Under the pieces are notes generated by a model that made no database searches, had not been told where the DNA came from, and saw nothing but the letters and a program-made list of their open reading frames with translations. Below, piece by piece: positions 18,474 through 27,049 of a stretch of 64,000 nt of DNA (position 1 is its first letter; each line of letters begins with the position of its first letter). The translations under genes and the position numbers were made by a program. The DNA lies in the NCBI GenBank assembly GCA_947463125.1, contig CANHQZ010000008.1:1243-65242 (forward strand). The letters are read 5' to 3'. The DNA comes from Flavobacteriales bacterium (GTDB lineage Bacteria > Bacteroidota > Bacteroidia > NS11-12g > UBA955).

Positions 18474-20859
18474 CCGGATCGGTTTCGTGCATCATGGCAT
18501 ACACCTTCATGAATATTTCATCAACACCGGGTTTGCTGAAATAGTCACCATCAGTGCCATAGGCCGGCCTGTGGGGCTGCGCGGCGATGGTGAGCGGAGC
18601 GCTGTCGAGGTAGCGGTAACCGCCCTGTTTTTCCAGTATCTGCTGCAATATAAACGCCGATGCACCGCCGGGCACATCTTCATCCAGCACCACCAAACGG
18701 TTGGTTTCTTTCAGGCTCTCCACAATCAGGTGGTTCACATCAAAGGGCAGCAAGGTCTGCACATCGATAATCTCCAAACGAATGCCATGTTCGGCCAGCA
18801 TATCTGCTGCTTCCAGGGCTATGCGGCAACAGCTGCCGTAGGTTACCAGCGTGGCATGTTCGCCGTAGCGCAATGTATCCGGACGGCCCAGCGGCACGGT
18901 AAACTCGTCCATATTCTGGGGCAGTTTTTCCTTGATACGGTAACCGTTCAGGCATTCCACCACCAGGGCGGGTTCGTCGCTTTTCAGCAGGGTATTGTAC
19001 ATGCCTGCAGCCTGGGTCATGTTGCGGGGCACACACACGTGCATGCCGCGCACCGCATGGATGATGGTTCCCATGGGGCTTCCGCTGTGCCATATGCCTT
19101 CCAGCCTGTGGCCACGGGTACGGATAATCACCGGTGCTTTTTGTCCGCCTTTGGTGCGGTATTGCAGCGTAGCTATATCATCGCTCATCACTTCCAGCGC
19201 ATAGAGCAGGTAATCGAGGTACTGTATTTCGGCGATGGGGCGCAGGCCGCGCATGGAAGCGCCGAGGCCCTCTCCTACTATGCTCCACTCACGGATGCCT
19301 TTATCGGTCACGCGAAGTTCGCCGTATTTCTCCTGTAAACCACTGAATCCCTGGTTCACATCTCCGATTTTTCCCACGTCTTCGCCGAAGGCAAATACAC
19401 GCGGATCGCGCTGCATAGCCGCATCGAAGCATGCGCGCACCACCATGTAGCCATCCACGGTTTCATCGCTGAATTGGGGCGGCACTTCGGGCACCGAAAG
19501 CGCGCTGCCGGGGCCCTGGCTGTGCAGGTGGCTGCTGTAGCGGTTGTGGTTCAGTTCGGTAAAACGGCTGTAATAATACAGCAGGGGTTGCTTTTGCGCC
19601 GCATCCAGAGAAGCGGTGAGGCGCAACGCCTTGTGCAGTGCGTTTCCTATGTCTTTGCGCAAAGGATCGGATTTGCTTTGCAAACCTGCGCTGATTTCGG
19701 CAAACTCGGCGGTGGCAACACCCTGCGCGGCCATGTTGTTTATGATATCGCAAAAACCGGCCACCTCCGATTTGATGGTGCCCAGAAATGCGTTCCACGC
19801 GGCCTTTTGGGCGTCGCGCACGCTTTGCGTGGCTTCTTGTTCAATGGCATCGGCCTCTTCGGCAGTAGCCAGGTCATTGGCGATAAGCCATTCGCGCATT
19901 TTGGCAATACAATCATAATCCTGTTCCCATTCCAGGCGATCTTTGCTTTTGTAGCGCTCGTGGCTGCCGCTGGTGCTGTGGCCCTGGGGCTGGGTCACTT
20001 CGGTAACGTGCACCAGCACGGGGGTGTGCTTTTGGCGGCAAACGTCTGCGGCCTGTTTATACACTTTGCAGAGCTCGGCATAATCCCAGCCCTTCACGGT
20101 GAATATTTCCATGCCCTGCCCGAATTTGTCGGTCTGGAAGCCGCTGAGCAGGCGTGATATGTTTTCTTTGGCTGTTTGGTATTTGGCAGGCACGGAAATG
20201 CCGTAGCCATCGTCCCACACGCTCATCAGCAGGGGCACCTGCATCACGCAGGCGGCGTTCATGGTTTCCCAGAAGATGCCTTCGCTGGTACTGGCGTTGC
20301 CGATGGTGCCAAACGCGATTTCATTGCCTTTCAGCGAAAAATCGGTGTAGGCGTGCAGGGCGGGGTTTTCGCGGTATAACTTGCTTGCGAGTGCCAATCC
20401 CAGCAGGCGCGGCATTTGGCCTGCAGTGGGTGAAATATCGGCGCTGCAGTTGGGGCGATCGGTTTGGGGCAGCCAGTTGCCCTGCTCATCGAGCAGGCGG
20501 GTGGCAAAGTGCCCGTTCATGCTGCGGCCGCCGCTGGCGGGTTCGCGGTCGGTGTTGGGGTCGGCGTAGAGCTGGGCAAAGAATTGCTGCACGGTGCTCA
20601 TGCCGCGGGCAAACATGAAGGTTTGGTCGCGGTAGTAGCCGCTGCGCCAGTCGCCATTTTGAAACACTTTGGCCATGGCAATCTGTGCCACTTCTTTTCC
20701 ATCGCCGAAAATGCCGAATTTGGCTTTTCCGGTCAGCACTTCCTTTCGGCCCAGGAGACTTGCCTGACGGCTCTCACAGGCCATGCGGAAATCGTGGAGC
20801 ACCTGTTTGCGAAAGTCTTCCCTTGTTAGGGCTGCGGGGGCGTTGGCAGCATCTTCCAT
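18451..20859 (-). CDS. 2-oxoacid (branched-chain type) dehydrogenase E1, fused alpha/beta subunit
   Basis: GKAKFGIFGDGKE, SGYYRDQ, GNASTSEG, GHSTSGSH, FGEDVG and RPIAEIQY motifs; 802-aa TPP-dependent fusion. Confidence 0.93.
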   Translation of the reverse strand: MEDAANAPAALTREDFRKQVLHDFRMACESRQASLLGRKEVLTGKAKFGIFGDGKEVAQIAMAKVFQNGDWRSGYYRDQTFMFARGMSTVQQFFAQLYADPNTDREPASGGRSMNGHFATRLLDEQGNWLPQTDRPNCSADISPTAGQMPRLLGLALASKLYRENPALHAYTDFSLKGNEIAFGTIGNASTSEGIFWETMNAACVMQVPLLMSVWDDGYGISVPAKYQTAKENISRLLSGFQTDKFGQGMEIFTVKGWDYAELCKVYKQAADVCRQKHTPVLVHVTEVTQPQGHSTSGSHERYKSKDRLEWEQDYDCIAKMREWLIANDLATAEEADAIEQEATQSVRDAQKAAWNAFLGTIKSEVAGFCDIINNMAAQGVATAEFAEISAGLQSKSDPLRKDIGNALHKALRLTASLDAAQKQPLLYYYSRFTELNHNRYSSHLHSQGPGSALSVPEVPPQFSDETVDGYMVVRACFDAAMQRDPRVFAFGEDVGKIGDVNQGFSGLQEKYGELRVTDKGIREWSIVGEGLGASMRGLRPIAEIQYLDYLLYALEVMSDDIATLQYRTKGGQKAPVIIRTRGHRLEGIWHSGSPMGTIIHAVRGMHVCVPRNMTQAAGMYNTLLKSDEPALVVECLNGYRIKEKLPQNMDEFTVPLGRPDTLRYGEHATLVTYGSCCRIALEAADMLAEHGIRLEIIDVQTLLPFDVNHLIVESLKETNRLVVLDEDVPGGASAFILQQILEKQGGYRYLDSAPLTIAAQPHRPAYGTDGDYFSKPGVDEIFMKVYAMMHETDPVTWPALL

Positions 20860-20895
20860 TTGTGGTGCAAAAATACGGCTTTTTCTATTACGGGA

Positions 20896-21015
20896 TTACT
20901 TCTTGCGGCGCAGCCACCATGCCAGGCCTATTCCCATGATGGCGCCGAAGAGAATGGGCAGCCAATAGTTGGGTTCACGAGACTGAGTTTGCAGGATGAT
21001 GGCGGTTAGGGGCAT
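20896..21015 (-). CDS. Small single-pass membrane protein (39 aa)
   Basis: Manual translation MPLTAIILQTQSREPNYWLPILFGAIMGIGLAWWLRRKK; TACCTTTG box 4 nt upstream; TM helix followed by a basic tail. Confidence 0.65.
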   Translation of the reverse strand: MPLTAIILQTQSREPNYWLPILFGAIMGIGLAWWLRRKK

Positions 21016-21064
21016 GGTGCAAAGGTAGGGCGGAGCGTATTTAATAGAACAATGCCTTTTGGGA

Positions 21065-21450
21065 TTATTCTATCCATTCAAACAGGTAATTGTCCTCAAA
21101 TTCAACATTGAATTTCTGCAACATTTCGTGGTATTCATCGTTTGAATTTTGTTTGGCTGTGATGTTTCTCCTGGTTGTTAATGTAATTTATGATGGTAAC
21201 GCATTGGGAATGGGCGTAGGGAAAAGCCCCAAAACCGCTCTGCCATTGAAATTTGCCGGGTATTCATTTTTTTATTGATCCATTTGGAAGAATTGGCTTT
21301 GATGTCTTTCACAATTTCTGACAAGCATTTATCGGGACTCAGGCTGAGCAATATGTGAATGTGGTCTGCTACCCCACCGATGGCATATATCTTTTGATTT
21401 TTGCCGTTTACCGTACCGCAGATGTATTTATACAATTCGTAAACCAAGGA
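21065..21450 (-). pseudogene. IS200/IS605-family (Y1 HUH) transposase pseudogene
   Basis: Frame 1 has ELYKYICG...DHIHIL...IKANSSKWIN. After a frameshift comes FQWQSGFGAF...NYINNQEKHH, and after a second one DEYHEMLQKFNVEFEDNYLFEWIE*. The N-terminus is missing. Confidence 0.88.
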
Positions 21451-21588
21451 ACGGAACCTACATTTGCAGGTATCATTCTGTTATTTCTGTTCTATTCATC
21501 ATGGGTATAATAAAAATGCCGGGAGCATTGCAGTTATCAAGGCCTCCGTTTTTTTATGCATCTTTGCAGGCAATAAAAAGTAGCAGGA

Positions 21589-22233
21589 TTGGAGCCAACA
21601 TTTCACATAATCGAAAATATTCATTCCGCTAATTTCCGCGCGGCAACAGACATTTACATACAGTCCTTTCCTGCCAATGAAAGGCAGCCATTGTCGGTAA
21701 TTGAACAGCGGGTGAAAGATGGATTATCGCTCATGTTCACCGCAGAACTCGAGAATAAAACCCTGGCATTTGGATTGCTCTGGCCATTTCAAAACAGCCA
21801 ATTTATTTTGCTGGATTACCTGGCAGTTGCCCCGGGTAACAGGCAAAGCAATTTGGGCTCGGCCCTTTTCAGATACATGGCAAAATTGGTAAATGACCAA
21901 GGAAAAACCCTGGTTATTGAAACAGAGCATCCTGCTTATGGTGATAACCGGGAAGAACGACAGAAACGCCTGGCTTTTTATTTTAAAAATGGCTGTTACC
22001 TACTTAAAGATGTTCCTTACATATTGCCACCTTTGGATGGTTCTATGCCCACAGAAATGTGCATTATGGTTCATCCGCCTCATGGCCGGCACAATTTCCC
22101 CCCTGAGGAAATCAAAGTTCTCATTATACGTTTGTATGAAGAGTTGTACGGAAGGGATGAAAATGATGCCATTCTGCAAAATTTTATTCATAAATTGCCG
22201 ACCGAAATAATCCTCTCAAAAAGCATATCATGA
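21589..22233 (+). CDS. GNAT-family N-acetyltransferase
   Basis: SFPANERQP, LLDYLAVAPGNRQSNLGSALF (acetyl-CoA motif A) and RLAFYFKNG. Confidence 0.85.
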   Translation: MEPTFHIIENIHSANFRAATDIYIQSFPANERQPLSVIEQRVKDGLSLMFTAELENKTLAFGLLWPFQNSQFILLDYLAVAPGNRQSNLGSALFRYMAKLVNDQGKTLVIETEHPAYGDNREERQKRLAFYFKNGCYLLKDVPYILPPLDGSMPTEMCIMVHPPHGRHNFPPEEIKVLIIRLYEELYGRDENDAILQNFIHKLPTEIILSKSIS

Positions 22234-22664
22234 CCACGGTTGAGTTACTGAACTTTATTGTCACTTCGCTATCTACACTTTTATCGGCCATAGCTATATT
22301 TTTATATATCGTTTTATGGTATAAAGACAAAACACATAGCAATTATGATGTTTTTGATGCCACCTATCTTGATATATTAAAAACGGGCATGGACAATCCT
22401 GAATTCAGAAATCCAACTTACACCAAAAACTACAAAAATCTAGCGGATAACGAAAGAATCCGTTACGAAACCTATGCGTTTATTTGCTGGAATTTTTGTG
22501 AAACAATTGTAGATAAGGGCGATAAAAACTTAATGAAAACATGGGGCGTGGTAATTGAAGCTGAAAACGCGCTTCACCGCACCTGGTTTGACAGTCCGGA
22601 AAATAAAAGCAAGTTTAAGGAAGAGTTCATAACCTACATTGCAAACAATTACAAGGCAGTGTAA
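22230..22664 (+). CDS. Hypothetical protein with an N-terminal TM helix and a helical domain
   Basis: 144-aa ORF overlapping the GNAT stop (ATGA); hydrophobic residues about 5-31; no recognisable catalytic motif. Confidence 0.7.
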   Translation: MTTVELLNFIVTSLSTLLSAIAIFLYIVLWYKDKTHSNYDVFDATYLDILKTGMDNPEFRNPTYTKNYKNLADNERIRYETYAFICWNFCETIVDKGDKNLMKTWGVVIEAENALHRTWFDSPENKSKFKEEFITYIANNYKAV

Positions 22665-22756
22665 CTGCATTGGCATAGTCCCCAAACGAATTAAATAAAC
22701 ATTGGTTTAATTATTATTGGGTGAATTACAATATCTACAACGCCCAAAGGTGATAC

Positions 22757-24949
22757 CTAACGTTTATAATTTATATCGTTTCCAATAACTTTTATAAAAA
22801 CACCAACCACCTTTAAGTTTATAGTTCCTTCATCACGTAAAATAATTGGAGGATAATAATTACTTGACCTGGGCAGCAAAGTTATTTCCTCATGTTTCCA
22901 TCCTTCTTCAGAGACCGTCTTCTTGCTTGTGTATTCTTTAACAGTATAATTTGATCCTGTATCAGAATCATTAAAATCCGTCATTTCCACCAATACTATT
23001 TTACCATTTCTGCTTCCACCGATGTACCGTTCAAATAAACAAACTGAATTATTGGGAATAATCTTATTCATGGACTCACCAATGACCTTACAAGCAAAAT
23101 AATCTTTACCTAAATCAAAATCCTCTGTGAGTTCAATATATTTAGTGCTTTCAACTTGTTGCAACGAAGAAAATGAACCTGCAGCAATTTTAAGGTCATA
23201 ATACGGAATTGTGCGTTCAGTGGGAGCATCGACGATACTTATGACAGGAACATCTTTAACTTTTGTTTGTAACGGTATAAACTGTGTCAAATAATTTTTT
23301 AAATTATCATTCACTGCATAAATAAAGGTACCCTTTATACCTCTGAGTAGGATAGTTTTATAAATATTGACAATATATTCCTTTAAAATACTCTCGGCTG
23401 ATATGGTATTTTTACCAGCTTTATCTTTATAACGATCTTTATAAATAATAAACTGGTTGTTTTCAAAATCATAATCTATTTCAGGCCCTATAATCACACC
23501 GGTATAATTTAGATCATATCCCTGAGTGGTATGAATGCAACCAACCTCATTAATGGAATTGGGAGAATTTACCCAATCTACTGCCACACTATTCCATTTT
23601 AGCTTGACATTACTGATTTCTATATCAAATTTATTTTTATCTTTTTTAGAAACCCACTCCCACGCATAACCCGCAACAAGCCTTGAAAGTCCTTCTTTAT
23701 TTTCTTTTTCTGATATTTCATTGACTAAATCATCAATATTATCAAACAATTTTAATTCAAAATCTATTGCTTTAAAGGGATTTAAATTGTTTGTCTTAGC
23801 ATCAAATAAATTGTGTATAAAATTGACATAATTAACACCCCCTTTTGATCGAAACTGTGTTCTCAGAGTTTCAATCCGAGTTGATTTATTTTTTTCGAGA
23901 ATTATAAACCTTTCCCTCGGAACATCCGATGGTTTTATAGATTGAAACCGATCATAAAATATTAAACTTTTTTTTGACTGATGCAGCACCCAATCTAATT
24001 CAGTACAGGTAAATTTATCCATGCCGAATTTTTCTGATGTAATATCAAAAGGTTTAAAATATGGACCCAAATTAACCCGTTGTCTCAACCTATGACCTTC
24101 ATCCACAATAATCAAATCATACTTTTTCTTTGCTAAGTCAGATGGTCCTATTACCATGTCGCCTGACAGTCCCTTTATGTTTTTAAAAACCTTGGAAATG
24201 GTTTTACGGAATGATGCCATGGGAATAACCAGCGCCATGTTAAGATTAGAGTACTTCCTTTTAACCTTTTCAATTAATGTAAAAAGTTCTTCATCCTCAT
24301 CAAAATCTGATGTGTTAAAATCATCAAGATTGGTCTTTAAAAGTTTAAAAATGAAAATAGCGAGAATGGATTTACCTGTTCCGGCACCACCTTGTATAAG
24401 ACTGGTTTTGGCTTCCTCATCCAAAAGGCAGTTAAGAATCATTTTTAAGCTAGAAATTTGTTCTTGGGACAACGATTTATATGGAGAATATTTAAAAAGA
24501 TCTGAATTATCAATATGCTCTAGTGAATGACGTGCGATACCGAGACTTCTTAATTCATTCCAGATTTCTTTAAAAATATTCCAGTAAATTTCTTTTTGCT
24601 GATAATACCGGTGATTGGTAATGCCCAAATTTGCATTCTGCAAGGTGTAAATTCCATCAGCAGATATGTATCTGATTAGGTAAGATTCAAGGTCCAGTGC
24701 TACAGACTTGTTAAAGAGACTGCTTAAAACTAGATGTACTTTGGTGTTTTTCTGTTTCTGATGGTTCTTAACATGGGCCTTAAGCCTACTAACAACATCT
24801 GTTGTTTCTCCAACATATGCTTCTTGCGATTTTTCATTGTTAAGAAAATAAACTATAGGCCATGATAAAAATCCTCTATGATTTTCAGTTATTTCAATTT
24901 CTGTATTTGAATTGAAATCATATTGAAAAATAGAAAATTCTTTGTCCAT
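22757..24949 (-). CDS. GIY-YIG nuclease + DUF2075 (Schlafen group 3-like) helicase/ATPase + S24 (LexA-like) peptidase fusion protein
   Basis: N-terminal IVYFL..EAYVGET..SRLKAH..LESYLI..LQNAN; Walker A GGAGTGKS; Walker B IIVDEGHRL; HTTQGYDLNY and LLRGIKG; C-terminal IPYYDLKIAAG, VIGESMN and YTVKEY. Confidence 0.88.
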   Translation of the reverse strand: MDKEFSIFQYDFNSNTEIEITENHRGFLSWPIVYFLNNEKSQEAYVGETTDVVSRLKAHVKNHQKQKNTKVHLVLSSLFNKSVALDLESYLIRYISADGIYTLQNANLGITNHRYYQQKEIYWNIFKEIWNELRSLGIARHSLEHIDNSDLFKYSPYKSLSQEQISSLKMILNCLLDEEAKTSLIQGGAGTGKSILAIFIFKLLKTNLDDFNTSDFDEDEELFTLIEKVKRKYSNLNMALVIPMASFRKTISKVFKNIKGLSGDMVIGPSDLAKKKYDLIIVDEGHRLRQRVNLGPYFKPFDITSEKFGMDKFTCTELDWVLHQSKKSLIFYDRFQSIKPSDVPRERFIILEKNKSTRIETLRTQFRSKGGVNYVNFIHNLFDAKTNNLNPFKAIDFELKLFDNIDDLVNEISEKENKEGLSRLVAGYAWEWVSKKDKNKFDIEISNVKLKWNSVAVDWVNSPNSINEVGCIHTTQGYDLNYTGVIIGPEIDYDFENNQFIIYKDRYKDKAGKNTISAESILKEYIVNIYKTILLRGIKGTFIYAVNDNLKNYLTQFIPLQTKVKDVPVISIVDAPTERTIPYYDLKIAAGSFSSLQQVESTKYIELTEDFDLGKDYFACKVIGESMNKIIPNNSVCLFERYIGGSRNGKIVLVEMTDFNDSDTGSNYTVKEYTSKKTVSEEGWKHEEITLLPRSSNYYPPIILRDEGTINLKVVGVFIKVIGNDINYKR

Positions 24950-25279
24950 TTATAACTCATTATATTTTTTTGCTGTTCCTTTTGCTTTTTCAACTGGATA
25001 CTTCTCACCATTTTTTCTAACTTTTTCTAATACAATATCCTTTACATCAAGATTATATTTATCGGCTAACAAAAACGCATAGGCAAAAACATCTGCTAAT
25101 TCTTCTTTTATTTTTTCAGGATTAGCCTCCCCGGCATTTTTCCAAAGAAACAACTCCAATAATTCTCCTGCTTCGACATTAACCGCGAGCGCTAAATCTT
25201 TGGGATTATGAAACTGTTCCCAGTCTCTTTCATTTCGAAATTTTATTAATGCCTCAGTTATTTGTGAAAAATCACTCAT
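24950..25279 (-). CDS. MazG-like nucleotide pyrophosphohydrolase
   Basis: FRNERDWEQFHNPKDLA, EAGELLE...EELADV (ExxE...ExxD) and KNGEKYP. Confidence 0.93.
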   Translation of the reverse strand: MSDFSQITEALIKFRNERDWEQFHNPKDLALAVNVEAGELLELFLWKNAGEANPEKIKEELADVFAYAFLLADKYNLDVKDIVLEKVRKNGEKYPVEKAKGTAKKYNEL

Positions 25280-25284
25280 ACACG

Positions 25285-25292
25285 CAAAAGTA
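25285..25292 (-). promoter_or_regulatory. -7 promoter box (TACTTTTG) for the MazG-helicase operon
   Basis: Exact TAnnTTTG, 5 nt upstream of the MazG ATG. Confidence 0.7.
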
Positions 25293-25454
25293 ATGAAGTA
25301 GTTGCTATACCTTAGCGAATGTTTCTCTTAAAATAATAAACGATACTTCACTCAGTTACACCACATACCCAAAAATTAACTCGGGCTTGGCGAAGGGTTC
25401 ATGCTTCGGCGGGCTCGGCAGGACAATTTCGGTGGGCAATCGCTCAAAATCAGG

Positions 25455-25499
25455 CTTGTTGGTCTCGCCCCGCGCAGGCCTTCAGCAAAGACCAACAAG
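25455..25499. repeat. REP-like hairpin with an 11-bp perfect inverted repeat
   Basis: CTTGTTGGTCT (25455-25465) ... AGACCAACAAG (25489-25499). Confidence 0.7.
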
Positions 25500-25527
25500 G
25501 GGAATCTAAAAGATCACCGGCAACAAA

Positions 25528-25689
25528 CGGTCCCCTCTGGAGAGGGGTAATTGTGAGGTAATCGAAATCAGTGGCAATGTCTGGGGTGTGTTTTTCTGCA
25601 TTTACAATCACACGCCCACCGCACACACACCCCAGCGGGTGAGCACCGGCAGCGCGTATGGCGCATTTACCCCTCTCAAGAGGGGACCG
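25528..25689. repeat. Nested palindromic REP/MITE-like element
   Basis: 23-bp terminal inverted repeats with 1 mismatch: CGGTCCCCTCTGGAGAGGGGTAA and TTACCCCTCTCAAGAGGGGACCG, each itself a hairpin. Inner IR CTGGGGTGTGT / ACACACCCCAG. Confidence 0.85.
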
Positions 25690-25783
25690 GTGAAGCGCAA
25701 AAGCAATGTATTACAGCGGGTTTATGTTACAATCTGAGATGCACAATGGTGCGTCTTTACAGGGGCAGGTTATTCAACACTCC

Positions 25784-27049
25784 TCACAGCATCATCCGCA
25801 CCGAAGCATAGGCTCCGAAACCGTTCAGCCTGCCGGGCAGTACCAGGCTTTCCAGGCCTTCCAATCGCAGGTTTGCAAACAAGCCGCCGCGCTGCATGGC
25901 TTTCCAGCTCCAGCTGCTCAGCAACCCAATATTCCAGGTATCAAACCCGCCCAACGATACGCAGGGATAAAACCGCAGATTACCCACTCCCAGCCTGGTA
26001 TTGGGCTGCCAATCCAAGCGGGGCACGTAGCCGGGCAAGTTCCTGTAGCTGAGCGATAACCAGCCCAAATGCTTGTGCAGCGCGCCTACACTCACTTCAA
26101 ACGGCGCAAACAGGGTTTTGCTACTTCGGCTGCTGTCGAGACCAAGCTGCTGTTTTACGGTGTCTACGCGGTCGCCAAACCAGTCGCCGCGGAATATTTT
26201 GTTGAGGGATGTGGTAGCTGCTTCCAAACGCACCGTGCTGCCGGCCATGCCGGGCAAGCGGCTGTAGGTGGTGAGCCCGCGGGTGTAATACAATCCTGCA
26301 TTATCGACATTCAGGCTTATCAACTGCCAGGGACCCTTGGTAAAATCATACATGAGCCCCGCATTGACAGTAAGGCCAAAACCGCCTGTGGCACGCTGCA
26401 CACTTCCGCCCCACATTACGTTCACGTTCTGGGCCAGTGTATCGGTAAACACCTGCGCCCTGAAATCATTCACTGCGCTATAGGATCGCAACCACCCGGG
26501 ATTGATGCTGCCATTAAGGATTACATTGCCTTTGCCGCTCTTCAGCCTCCGGCCTTTCTCAAACCCAAAGCCAAATTCCACCACATCCCACTGCACAGCC
26601 TTGCGGATGCGGGCATCCAGGGTTTGGCCCATGTAAGCCCCATTGCCTTGAAAAACCAGGCGGAAGGCATCATCGTTAAAACGAATACCGCCCATCTGGT
26701 GGCGACGCACATAGAACTTGTCCGCCACATTCAGTTTCATGGTGGAAGCCAGTCCGCCACGCACATTCGCTTTCAGGCGCTCTTCTGTTTCAGCAATGCG
26801 GTCCGTGGGAATATAACCGCCCAGCAGAAAACGGCCTGTAATGGCCAGCGGCATGCCCGGAGAACCGCTTTCGCTGTAGAAAGAAACCCCCAACGTTTTG
26901 CGGCGAATGGTAAAAACGGTGTCCCTGGTTGGCAACTGAACGGTCGGAACCACTTCCGGCGGCCGCATGGCCGTGCTGTCATCGATCTGTGCCTGCAGGG
27001 ATTGGGCTGCCAATAGCAATCCCATTAAACATTTAAAACTGTGCTTCAT
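25784..27049 (-). CDS. Hypothetical outer membrane beta-barrel protein (possibly DUF5723-like)
   Basis: Signal peptide; alternating amphipathic strands; LVFQGNGAYMGQT segment; C-terminal GFGAYASVRMML. Confidence 0.6.
   Translation of the reverse strand: MKHSFKCLMGLLLAAQSLQAQIDDSTAMRPPEVVPTVQLPTRDTVFTIRRKTLGVSFYSESGSPGMPLAITGRFLLGGYIPTDRIAETEERLKANVRGGLASTMKLNVADKFYVRRHQMGGIRFNDDAFRLVFQGNGAYMGQTLDARIRKAVQWDVVEFGFGFEKGRRLKSGKGNVILNGSINPGWLRSYSAVNDFRAQVFTDTLAQNVNVMWGGSVQRATGGFGLTVNAGLMYDFTKGPWQLISLNVDNAGLYYTRGLTTYSRLPGMAGSTVRLEAATTSLNKIFRGDWFGDRVDTVKQQLGLDSSRSSKTLFAPFEVSVGALHKHLGWLSLSYRNLPGYVPRLDWQPNTRLGVGNLRFYPCVSLGGFDTWNIGLLSSWSWKAMQRGGLFANLRLEGLESLVLPGRLNGFGAYASVRMML

Noticed and set aside
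18487-20829. Long plus-strand ORFs (283, 227 and 154 aa) opposite the E1 dehydrogenase
   Set aside because: Antisense shadows favoured by GC-rich codon usage; no recognisable motifs.
21178-21447. Intact 89-aa transposase ORF
   Set aside because: Homology continues in two other frames and the N-terminus is missing, so it is called a pseudogene.
25528-25689. Possible tRNA or riboswitch
   Set aside because: No cloverleaf, T-loop (GTTCRA) or riboswitch consensus recognised; the nested IR structure fits a REP/MITE better.
25706-26059. 117-aa plus-strand ORF at the island edge
   Set aside because: Mostly antisense to the barrel gene, with no recognisable features.
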